From an uncultured virus (IMG/VR IMGVR_UViG_3300033066_001236) (Duplodnaviria; Heunggongvirae; Uroviricota; Caudoviricetes): a stretch of DNA of 64,000 nt. A model generated the notes under the pieces. It made no database searches and had not been told where the DNA came from. It saw only the letters and a list, made by a program, of their open reading frames with translations. The position numbers were made by a program, and so were the translations under genes. Of this stretch, positions 53,324 to 61,624 are shown piece by piece. The stretch's first letter is position 1; each line of letters opens with the position of its first letter. The stretch lies in the IMG/VR virus record IMGVR_UViG_3300033066_001236; one strand, 5' to 3'.

Positions 53324-53719
53324 TTAAGTTGGGTAGGAAGGGATAATTTCGACCTGGTTCTCGATAATGTCAGCTATAGCTGAAAACGATAAGCCCGTCA
53401 CGTCGTTGAGAGTCATCAAAGTGTCAGAGTTACCCTCGTACTGAACTTTGACTCCACCCCCGCAGCTAAACCTTTCTTGAAGGATTAGTGGTAAAGCCGC
53501 AAAGGAGCCCTCATCCTCGTCGCGTGGGTCGTAAAACCGAGTTTTGAGCAAGGTGGTGTCCTTTTTCAATACACCCTTTGCTACTTGTAAGTCACACAAA
53601 ACTCCGAGGCAGCAGGCGGTGTTGGATCTCGATTCCAGTAAGCCTCCTCTTCCCTGCTGGTATTTTCCAGAACGCAGTGCCGCAACCCACTCATCGCGGT
53701 CTTCTTGAGTCATTTGCAT
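53324..53719 (-). CDS. WxAALR/CCLGV paralogue 1
   Basis: same motifs. Confidence 0.85.
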   Translation of the reverse strand: MQMTQEDRDEWVAALRSGKYQQGRGGLLESRSNTACCLGVLCDLQVAKGVLKKDTTLLKTRFYDPRDEDEGSFAALPLILQERFSCGGGVKVQYEGNSDTLMTLNDVTGLSFSAIADIIENQVEIIPSYPT

Positions 53720-53728
53720 GATTGATTC

Positions 53729-54178
53729 CTAGTGAATTTGTTGAATGCCGGCAGCGCCGACGATCGATTGAAGGATTGGTTTGGCGGTGTACGCCACCGT
53801 GGCCTCGGTCAAGACGCCCGCCCCAGTTACGAGAGCAGTGCCCTCAAGGAACTCAGAGAATTCCGTAGGCGAGGCTTCCATCAGAGCCGAGAGGGCCAAA
53901 GGGGGAAGAGCGAATGCCTTAAAAGCGACCGATCGATCCTGATACTCTCCCGTTACTTTCGCCGTGACTCGAGTCAGAGTGGTGCAGAACTCGTTGAGAG
54001 TTTCGTACACGCCCGGCCTCACTTCCCGGACAAGAGAATACACCTCCCCGGGTTCTTCAAGGATTCTCCCGTGAGTCAAAGGCCAAACCTGATACTGCCC
54101 AGGGGAGACTACAATCAAATAGCACTTGGTGGGACCTTCATAGGCACCCATCAGGGGTATTGGTGCGGTTAAGTTCAT
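53729..54178 (-). CDS. hypothetical protein heading the paralogue operon
   Basis: SD AGGAG; promoter 54224-54232. Confidence 0.7.
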   Translation of the reverse strand: MNLTAPIPLMGAYEGPTKCYLIVVSPGQYQVWPLTHGRILEEPGEVYSLVREVRPGVYETLNEFCTTLTRVTAKVTGEYQDRSVAFKAFALPPLALSALMEASPTEFSEFLEGTALVTGAGVLTEATVAYTAKPILQSIVGAAGIQQIH

Positions 54179-54223
54179 GTTCGAAGACTCCTGTAGTTAA
54201 ACAAGCAAAACACCTGCATTATT

Positions 54224-54258
54224 CTTATACCAAATCGGTTCGGGCTTATGGTAAAATA
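54224..54258. promoter_or_regulatory. divergent promoter pair TGGTATAAG (minus) / TAAAATA (plus)
   Basis: motifs at 54224-54232 and 54252-54258. Confidence 0.7.
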
Positions 54259-54263
54259 AACCA

Positions 54264-57200
54264 ATGGGCATGTACACCTCGGATATCCTTTTTACTAGAC
54301 AACGGCACGACGCAAAACGGGCTGGGCTTCACTACGACATTCGCCTAGTCCAAGGGGACAAGGCCTACTCTTGGGCAACTCGGAAGGAAATACCCGAACC
54401 AGGTCAAAGTATCATACTTTACGAGACTTCTATTCACACTCCCGACTACGCTCTCAGAAAGCGTATACACATTCCCGACGGCAACTACGGAGCTGGTACT
54501 ACTACCTTGGACTTTGTCCGGAAAGCCAAGATTACTGCTAATCAAGAAAAGGGTCATTTTGTTCTCGAGACAACGCGGGGTGAGAAGTTTCTGATGAAGC
54601 CCGTAGGGGGCAAGTTTGGGAACAAGGCGTGGTTGTTTCGGAACCTCACGGGTTCGAAGCCCGCTGCCGGAGAGAATCAAGTTCTGGACAAAGTCGCCGA
54701 ACTTCATCCAGAGTTGGTTGCTAAATTCAAGCCCGACTTGACCCCGGAGCAAATGGACCTTATGGGAGTCCTCAAGGGTAAGTACACCGAAGGAGACCCT
54801 AAGAAGGACAACTTCTTCAAAGTTGATGCTTCCATGAAAGAGTGGCCCGAAAAGTGGCACCATCAGGAACACCCTCTAGGCTGGTACGAGTGGTACAAAG
54901 GCTACTCGGCTGGTAAGCGGACCGAGGACGACGAACGCCAAATCAAGCGTTGGGTCTCATTCAAAGCACGACACCTGGCTCAGCTGCAGAAGGCGGACCC
55001 AACTTTAGCTGACTTGACCGTTCAACCTCGCAGACGACAGGCTATGTTGCACTGGGGCATAGCCCCGGGCATAGACTTGGCCAATATAGAGAAGAAGGCC
55101 GCCAAAGAGGAGCCTTCGAAAGCATCCGAGGATCGGCCACATACCCTTAGAGCCCTCAAAAAACTTGAGAAAAACAAGGGGTTGTTGGTAGACCACTCAA
55201 TGGGGTCTGGCAAGACGCGCCTATACCTGCGAGCTATAGAGAACCATCAAAAGAAGAACCCTAACGATTCGGTGCTCATAATAGCTCCCGCGTCCTTGAC
55301 CTCCAACATCTACAAAGAAATAGCCAAGCACGGCATCAAGCTCGATACCTCAAAGCTTGAAACCTTGTCATACGAGAAGGCAGTGATGGACGCCGACCGC
55401 CTGAAGAACAAGGTGTATGGCATGGTTGTGGCAGACGAGGCCCATAAACTAAGGAACTCCGGGACTAAGCGTCACAAGGAGTTGAGTCAGATAATTGCCA
55501 ATGCCAACATCCGACTGCTGGGGACTGGTACCACAGCATATAATCACCCATCCGATATAGGTCCTCTGGTGAATTTGGTTGCAGGGAAGAGGGTAATGCC
55601 TGAGGGTAAGGCCGAGTTCGAAGCTAGGTACATTCGTAAATCCGTTGAGCAACCACCGTTCCTGAAAAGAATCCTCGGGCATCCTCCGAAGGAAATCCAT
55701 CACCTAAAAAATAAGGGCGAGTTGGAAAAGATACTACGGGCTCACATTGACCACTACGATCTCAGAGACGATCCCTCGGCAAAAGACAAATTCCCCGAAA
55801 AGATAGAGACTGTCAAAGAGGTTCAGATGAGCCCAGAGCAGTCCGCCTTGTATAAGTACATGGAGGGCAAGCTGCCGTTTCACCTTAGAATGAAGGTGCG
55901 AATGAACATGCCTTTGGATAAGAAGGATGTTGCGTCCCTACAGGCGTTCAGTACGGGAATTAGGCAAGTGTCTAACTCCATGAATGCTTTCATGCCGAAT
56001 TATGACAAGCCTACCCCAAAGATTCAGGCTGCGGTTGACAGTCTGGAAGCCGATCACAAGAAGAACAAGAAATTCAAAGCCTTGGTGTATAGCAACTTCT
56101 TGAACTCCGGACTTAACGACTATTCTGCGGAACTAACTCGCAGAGGTATATCTCATTCGGTGTATCACGGCGGTTTAAACAAGACGCAGAAAGACAAAAT
56201 CCTCCAGGATTACAACGAAGACAAGACTCGAGTCATGTTGTTCTCTTCTTCTGGAACTGAGGGACTGAACACTAAGGGGACACGTAAAGTACAGATACTT
56301 GAACCTCATTTTAACAAATCCAAGATTTCTCAGGCCGTTGCCAGAGCTGTTAGGTATGAGTCTCACGAGCATTTGCCCGTTCGGGATCGCAAAGTTGACG
56401 TGGAACATTGGCATTCTGTGTTCCCGGCTAAGAAGTGGTACATGGGGCCCAAAAATCATTCCATAGATCAGTACCTGCACCACAACTCTAATGTTAAAAG
56501 TGAAATTTCTGACCAAATGAAAGAATTAGTAAAAGAGGCCGAAGCCTCTCTTATTAAGCAGGCCTTGAACGCTTTCAAAGCTCGGGAGATGGCTAGAACG
56601 GTAGGGATCATTCCAGACCACACTACGCAATGGAAGTATGGTCTCCGTAAACTTCGCGGCAGTGACGGAAAGCCTCTGACGGGAAGTATTCTAGAAAACG
56701 CCAAAGTTAGAATGGGAGCATTGAGAAAAACAGACTTCGATAGTATCGTCAAAACACAAGAGAAATATCCAGGTAGAGAGATAGGATTCACTATGGACAA
56801 AAGTAATAAGATTATCGGCGAACAAAAGGTTGGGTCCACCTATGAAGTTGCAGGAGTGCATAACCCTACCAAGGGGGAGACGACGGGGCATACCCATGTC
56901 TTATCTCTATCTAAGCACCCTCACAGAGTTACTCATGCGTCTGGACTAAATGTAGATCTGGAACTTCCGTTTAAAAAGCGGTCGGTAGATGAGGCTCTTA
57001 AAACTCACGGGGTTTTCAGAAAAATTGTCGATTCTAAAGATATACCTGACGATCTCCTGCCGCCTATTTTTAAAAAGTTTGTACGAGGGGTAGTAGGTAG
57101 AGTTGATAGCAAAACGAGACAGGTTAGTATTGGGGGTCTACACAGTAATGGAAGAGATATAGCGAACGCCATACTTCACGGTCGAGGCCACCCGTATAAT

Positions 57201-58247
57201 CGAACATCAAAACAAAATATTTTGTCTCCTGAACAGGGGGTAGAGGCAGTACACAAGAGTACGGGAGTCGTTCACAATGACGGTACTGTACTAGCAACTA
57301 AACACCGTACGGTTATGTTCAAGAGGGCCATGGAATTGGCTCAAAACACCTACTCCCGTGCCCGTTATAAAGAACTGAAGAACTGGGACCACGTCCCGGA
57401 TCCCGTAGGAACTGTAAAAAGAGATGGTGGCGCTTTTTTTATGACAATCGACTCGGAGGGTAAGCCTCGCTTCGTTTCTCGTCGCCCAAGTGTAAAGGGT
57501 GGATACCCAGACAGAACGGAAAAGCTACCCCACCTAGCCTCTATTAGGCTTCCCGACTTCGCTGGGCACACGTACCACACTGAATTAGTCCATACAGGTC
57601 ACGACACTGGAGAGTTCCCTGCGGACTCTCACGCCGCTGTTTCTGGGATCCTCAACTCCCTTAAAGAAAGGGCCATCCGTACTCAGGAACAAACCGGGCC
57701 TGTTAGAGCGGTTCTCGTTGATGTTCTTCACCCCAAGTACCCAACCTACGCGGAGAAGCTGGAACATTTGAAGAGACTAGCTCAAGCGGCCGGTAAGCCG
57801 GACGTTTTACACACCCCTACCATTAAAATAGGTAGAGCTGAAATTTTGGATTTGATTGAGAAGACAAAGGGTAAGAAACAAGAAGGCGTGATTGTTACAA
57901 GCTTGTCTACCCCCGAAGACAGTAACGTCAGATACAAAATAAAACACGTGGATACGTATAATCTGGAAGTGGTTGACGTTATCCAGGAAGAAGATATATT
58001 AGGTAATCCGAAAGAGTCCATGGGAGCCTTGCTGCTAAAAGACGCCTCGGGTAGAATAGTAGGTAAAGTTGGAACGGGGTTTTCTCGAGAAGACAGAATA
58101 CAGATGTGGAAGAACAAGGCCCTTATGCCAGGAACTAGAATACAAGTGAAAGCTATGCCTCCCACCGCCTCAAAGTTGAGGGCTCCGGTGTATAACGGGT
58201 ATGCTGATGGGGAACTGGACACCGTAAAAGAGTGGAGTGGGCAATGA
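54264..58247 (+). CDS. multidomain protein: LigD-type 3'-phosphoesterase, unknown domain, SNF2 helicase, unknown domain, ATP-dependent DNA ligase
   Basis: QRHDA..LHYDIRL..YSWA..YGAG; HSMGSGKT, DEAH, QAVARAVR; KRDG, EGVIV, KIKH, VGKVGTGFS, LRAPVY. Confidence 0.85.
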   Translation: MGMYTSDILFTRQRHDAKRAGLHYDIRLVQGDKAYSWATRKEIPEPGQSIILYETSIHTPDYALRKRIHIPDGNYGAGTTTLDFVRKAKITANQEKGHFVLETTRGEKFLMKPVGGKFGNKAWLFRNLTGSKPAAGENQVLDKVAELHPELVAKFKPDLTPEQMDLMGVLKGKYTEGDPKKDNFFKVDASMKEWPEKWHHQEHPLGWYEWYKGYSAGKRTEDDERQIKRWVSFKARHLAQLQKADPTLADLTVQPRRRQAMLHWGIAPGIDLANIEKKAAKEEPSKASEDRPHTLRALKKLEKNKGLLVDHSMGSGKTRLYLRAIENHQKKNPNDSVLIIAPASLTSNIYKEIAKHGIKLDTSKLETLSYEKAVMDADRLKNKVYGMVVADEAHKLRNSGTKRHKELSQIIANANIRLLGTGTTAYNHPSDIGPLVNLVAGKRVMPEGKAEFEARYIRKSVEQPPFLKRILGHPPKEIHHLKNKGELEKILRAHIDHYDLRDDPSAKDKFPEKIETVKEVQMSPEQSALYKYMEGKLPFHLRMKVRMNMPLDKKDVASLQAFSTGIRQVSNSMNAFMPNYDKPTPKIQAAVDSLEADHKKNKKFKALVYSNFLNSGLNDYSAELTRRGISHSVYHGGLNKTQKDKILQDYNEDKTRVMLFSSSGTEGLNTKGTRKVQILEPHFNKSKISQAVARAVRYESHEHLPVRDRKVDVEHWHSVFPAKKWYMGPKNHSIDQYLHHNSNVKSEISDQMKELVKEAEASLIKQALNAFKAREMARTVGIIPDHTTQWKYGLRKLRGSDGKPLTGSILENAKVRMGALRKTDFDSIVKTQEKYPGREIGFTMDKSNKIIGEQKVGSTYEVAGVHNPTKGETTGHTHVLSLSKHPHRVTHASGLNVDLELPFKKRSVDEALKTHGVFRKIVDSKDIPDDLLPPIFKKFVRGVVGRVDSKTRQVSIGGLHSNGRDIANAILHGRGHPYNRTSKQNILSPEQGVEAVHKSTGVVHNDGTVLATKHRTVMFKRAMELAQNTYSRARYKELKNWDHVPDPVGTVKRDGGAFFMTIDSEGKPRFVSRRPSVKGGYPDRTEKLPHLASIRLPDFAGHTYHTELVHTGHDTGEFPADSHAAVSGILNSLKERAIRTQEQTGPVRAVLVDVLHPKYPTYAEKLEHLKRLAQAAGKPDVLHTPTIKIGRAEILDLIEKTKGKKQEGVIVTSLSTPEDSNVRYKIKHVDTYNLEVVDVIQEEDILGNPKESMGALLLKDASGRIVGKVGTGFSREDRIQMWKNKALMPGTRIQVKAMPPTASKLRAPVYNGYADGELDTVKEWSGQ

Positions 58248-58858
58248 GCGTAGCAGAAGACCTAATGAAGAGGGTGATGGATATTCAACAACAAAGAGGC
58301 AACAACCCTCAGTCTGTGCTTGACCAGGACTTTTTTCAAAAGCTGTCCCTCGAAGAGAAGGTTCGGTTAATAAAAGCTCATCGGGCGGCGTTGGCCACTA
58401 AGCCTAAGTACGAGACCGGTAGGGTTATAGGTAGTGGCTTGGTTACGGGTGCTATGACGGCTGGGGTCGTGGGAGCCCACTCGTTCATGAACACAACCGC
58501 AAAGGGGTTGCCGTTCAAGATTAACCCTTGGGGATTAGCAACCGCAGCGGGTGCGGGATTCTTAGTAGATACTATCGTAGAAAACCTAAAGGCAAGAAAC
58601 AACTACAGCCGAGACGTTACTACTCAAGAGAACGCAGAGGATCCAGTTTCTGTTTTAGCTCATCGAGTTACTTCCGGGTATGTGCCGAAGAAGAGCCTAA
58701 TGGGGATCCTAGAACAAAAAGTAAGTGAGTTCCCCAAGACCTTCGGCGGCCTGATAAACACTATAGACTTCGACAGTCTGGACAAAAAAGTAAGTGAGTC
58801 CCCCAAGACCTCCGGCGGCCTGATAAACACTATAGACTTCGACAGTCTGGACAAATAA
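58232..58858 (+). CDS. two-TM protein with a C-terminal duplication
   Basis: hydrophobic Gly-rich helices. Confidence 0.65.
   Translation: MEWAMSVAEDLMKRVMDIQQQRGNNPQSVLDQDFFQKLSLEEKVRLIKAHRAALATKPKYETGRVIGSGLVTGAMTAGVVGAHSFMNTTAKGLPFKINPWGLATAAGAGFLVDTIVENLKARNNYSRDVTTQENAEDPVSVLAHRVTSGYVPKKSLMGILEQKVSEFPKTFGGLINTIDFDSLDKKVSESPKTSGGLINTIDFDSLDK
58716..58854 (+). repeat. 69-bp tandem duplication (KVSExPKTxGGLINTIDFDSLDK x2)
   Basis: GTAAGTGAGT at 58721 and 58790; two substitutions. Confidence 0.9.
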
Positions 58859-58868
58859 GGAAATACAT

Positions 58869-59753
58869 ATGCTGGCTCATAATTTGAAAGCTATTCTAAC
58901 TCTGGTGCCTGAAGCCAGATCAATGGTCAAGCAGGCCAATCTGGAGGAAGACTTTCCTTACGATTCCAAAGACTCGGTGTGTGCTTCATACCTACGTCTA
59001 CACTACTTGACAAAGGTAGCAGAGCGGCCTGTGGACCCCGTCATAGAAGCAAAGATAACAAAGGCGGCCTCCCTTCATGGTGTTAAGGAAGAACTTGATG
59101 CGTATCTGCCTCGCTTTAACACTTTTGAAAAGAAGGCGGCAGAGACAGAAGCCAAGTATGGCATTACATTAAAAGAGATTGAAGCAGGGTTTGAAGGCGA
59201 TCTGTCGGGGTTTGGCTTCCTAGGTATTGAGAAGACGGCCGAAGTAGCGTCCAAGATTTACGAGAAGTTTGGTGAACAAGTCAAGTCGGCTGAAGTGCTG
59301 CGTTATGCCGGTAAGGCATACCTTAACAAAGAAGCGGCAGTTATTGCTCTGGCCAACCGATACTCCAAAACAAAAGAACCTGCGTTTGTGAAACTGGCTA
59401 GGGTCGTGGTAGACTCTATCAAAGAAAACGATTTTGACTCCGTAGGACAACTCTGCAAAGCCGTGACGGGTCTTGATAAACAAGCTGGACTAGATATCCT
59501 AGGGTTTAACTTCTACAAAGAAGCGCTATTTGAAAAGAAGGCCGATTATGTAGGTTCTATGACAGTATCTTTAGCCGGTACTCCCGTTGCATGGGAGAAG
59601 ATTCAAAAATTTGGTAAGGAGCGGATTTCTAGTACCCTTGGCGCTGATATCGCTTCTGCTCTCACTGGCGAGCCGTCCAATGACAAGGCTGTTCTGGAAA
59701 GTCTACCGCTGGATCTGCAAAAAATGCTACTCTCTCTAACAAAAGGAATTTAA
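58869..59753 (+). CDS. putative head protein rich in K-x-A motifs
   Basis: MVKQA, LTKVA, FEKKA, IEKTA, LDKQA. Confidence 0.7.
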   Translation: MLAHNLKAILTLVPEARSMVKQANLEEDFPYDSKDSVCASYLRLHYLTKVAERPVDPVIEAKITKAASLHGVKEELDAYLPRFNTFEKKAAETEAKYGITLKEIEAGFEGDLSGFGFLGIEKTAEVASKIYEKFGEQVKSAEVLRYAGKAYLNKEAAVIALANRYSKTKEPAFVKLARVVVDSIKENDFDSVGQLCKAVTGLDKQAGLDILGFNFYKEALFEKKADYVGSMTVSLAGTPVAWEKIQKFGKERISSTLGADIASALTGEPSNDKAVLESLPLDLQKMLLSLTKGI

Positions 59754-59756
59754 CAC

Positions 59757-60041
59757 ATGTCTAACATCTACTTGGAAAAAATTGCCGGTATGGCAAGTAT
59801 GGCTGGTAAGGCTAAGGATATGGCAAAGGGTTTTGGTCGGGCTTTCTCCGGAGCTGATGTAAAAGAGGCGGATCAGGCACTGAAGAATATACACCCGGGT
59901 CGTATCCACCAGCGTATGGCAGTTATGAAGTTCCGCAAGGAAGACGCTCGTAAGATGTATGCTGCCCGAGGAGCCGTGGGAGCTGCTGCAGCTGGGGCTG
60001 CTGGAACCGCTGTTGCGGCAATGAACGGTAAGAAGGACTAA
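59757..60041 (+). CDS. NKYL-like tagged small protein
   Basis: MSNIYLEKIAG. Confidence 0.75.
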   Translation: MSNIYLEKIAGMASMAGKAKDMAKGFGRAFSGADVKEADQALKNIHPGRIHQRMAVMKFRKEDARKMYAARGAVGAAAAGAAGTAVAAMNGKKD

Positions 60042-60046
60042 GTGTC

Positions 60047-60223
60047 GTGAACAAGTACCTGGAAAAGATCGCTGCTACTAGGGCGTTCAAAGAAGCTTTC
60101 AAGAAGCTGCCGGGTAAGCCTATTCCGAAGGGCCAACTCGGTCCGATGGGAAGATGGTACAATGAGTGGTTGCTCAAAGACCAGGAACTAAAACGTAGAG
60201 CTGCCCGAGGGCCGCTAAATTAA
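60047..60223 (+). CDS. 58-aa NKYL-tagged basic protein (GTG start, NKYLEKIAATR...), not in the ORF track
   Basis: manual translation; shared tag. Confidence 0.75.
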   Translation: MNKYLEKIAATRAFKEAFKKLPGKPIPKGQLGPMGRWYNEWLLKDQELKRRAARGPLN

Positions 60224-60224
60224 C

Positions 60225-60743
60225 ATGCTAGACAACCTTCCTCTTTCCGGTGTAAAAACCTACATAACGAAACTGCTTCCACCTGGTTGGGAAGAGTTTG
60301 AGACAGAGACAATTTTGCTGGAGCTTGGAGGAGATCCCTCTGACCTCTTAGCCGACAAGATAAACGTTATCAGAGTCTTCAACGTAATGCCTACTCTGTT
60401 CTACGAAGACCCCCTGTTTTTCCTCCATGCCTGTGAAGTCTTTAATGGCAACCCTACCGACTTCGAGACTTTACCCCACATAACCTCGCTGGAAGCTGCT
60501 CTTGCAATCGTTGACGCTTCTAGGTTAGTAGGGGTGAGTACCGTCGAAGAAAGCCCGTCTTTTGCTGAGCCCGTCAGACTGTTGATTCGAGAGATACTGA
60601 TTGGCGATGGGTACTCTAAACCGGTCTGGCCATTTGACTCGGTCGGCATCACAGGGCTAACAGACACAGGGTATCACGAGGATACCGTAAAAAAAAACCT
60701 CGCAATAAAAGAGTATCTAAAGGCTAAGTTGGGGTATGAATAA
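60225..60743 (+). CDS. hypothetical protein
   Basis: 172-aa ORF in the late operon. Confidence 0.7.
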   Translation: MLDNLPLSGVKTYITKLLPPGWEEFETETILLELGGDPSDLLADKINVIRVFNVMPTLFYEDPLFFLHACEVFNGNPTDFETLPHITSLEAALAIVDASRLVGVSTVEESPSFAEPVRLLIREILIGDGYSKPVWPFDSVGITGLTDTGYHEDTVKKNLAIKEYLKAKLGYE

Positions 60744-61164
60744 GTATCTAGAGAAGATCGCTGCAAAGATACCTAAGCGGATCTATGAAAAAGTAAGGGA
60801 TAACCCCTTCCTGTCAAACGTGGACCATGTAACGGATGTCGGACAAACTTCAGCTAGGAATGCCGGGAAGGCTTTGGACAAAGGAGCATTTAGACGACAC
60901 CTTAGTCAAGTGCTGGCGGAAGCCGACGCTAAAATATTCGAGCTAAAAAAAGCTAAATATCGTTCGGGGCAGACCTCTTCTCCGCCTCGTCGAGCTTCTA
61001 CTCCTTTAGACCAACCCTCTTCTCCGCCTCGTCGAGCTTCTACTCCTTTAGACCAACCCTCTTCTCCGCCTCGTCGAGCTTCTACTCCTTTAGACCAACC
61101 CTCTTCTACACCTCGTAAAATAACTCATATTTTTAAGACCGACGATTCTAACTGGAATAAGTGA
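60736..61164 (+). CDS. NKYL-tagged protein with Ser/Pro/Arg repeats
   Basis: MNKYLEKIAA. Confidence 0.7.
   Translation: MNKYLEKIAAKIPKRIYEKVRDNPFLSNVDHVTDVGQTSARNAGKALDKGAFRRHLSQVLAEADAKIFELKKAKYRSGQTSSPPRRASTPLDQPSSPPRRASTPLDQPSSPPRRASTPLDQPSSTPRKITHIFKTDDSNWNK
60974..61107 (+). repeat. 42-bp tandem repeat x3 plus a partial unit, encoding SSPPRRASTPLDQP
   Basis: identical units at 60974, 61016 and 61058. Confidence 0.9.
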
Positions 61165-61562
61165 TGGAATACCTAGTAAATCAAGCGACTAAAATCGCAT
61201 TCACCTCCACGGGTCTAGCTACCGGTCAGACGGTCTTTACTCATTCTTTTTTAGTCAACGGTAACGTCGTTGCTGTAACCCCTACCTTTACCGAGATCGG
61301 AGCGGGGCTGTACACCGCCAACTTCACCCCGACAGTCACCGGTCGGTGGGTCCTGTTTATCGGGGGTAAGACCTACGAGTTCGAAGTAGTGTCCAAAACG
61401 CTCCAGAACGGCGTAGGAGAGCTTTTGGACGAGTCCCTAGGGTCGTGGTCCTGGAACAAGTCTACGGGCCTCCTGACGCTGTTTAGAGGGGACGGCAGCA
61501 CCCTTGCAACCTACAACGTAGTAGATACGGTGCAGGCAGCCAGTCGAGAACGACTGACATAA
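61161..61562 (+). CDS. beta-rich putative virion protein
   Basis: EIGAGLYTANFTPT, Ig-like segment. Confidence 0.6.
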   Translation: MMEYLVNQATKIAFTSTGLATGQTVFTHSFLVNGNVVAVTPTFTEIGAGLYTANFTPTVTGRWVLFIGGKTYEFEVVSKTLQNGVGELLDESLGSWSWNKSTGLLTLFRGDGSTLATYNVVDTVQAASRERLT

Positions 61563-61575
61563 ACCTAATTAAGCT

Positions 61576-61608
61576 AAAAAAAGCCCTGTTGATAAACGGG
61601 GCTTTTTT
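61576..61608. terminator. bidirectional intrinsic terminator
   Basis: AAAAAAAGCCCTGTT-loop-AACGGGGCTTTTTT. Confidence 0.85.
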
Positions 61609-61624
61609 ATTTGTTCAGAAACTG

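Noticed and set aside
49326..53719. Diversity-generating retroelement (RT plus variable paralogues)
   Set aside because: No template/variable repeat pair differing at adenines was seen; the RT has PQG and retron-like motifs; the paralogues differ by indels throughout
60974..61107. CRISPR-like array (also 21591-21710 and 58716-58854)
   Set aside because: Repeats are contiguous without spacers and in frame within proteins; no cas genes
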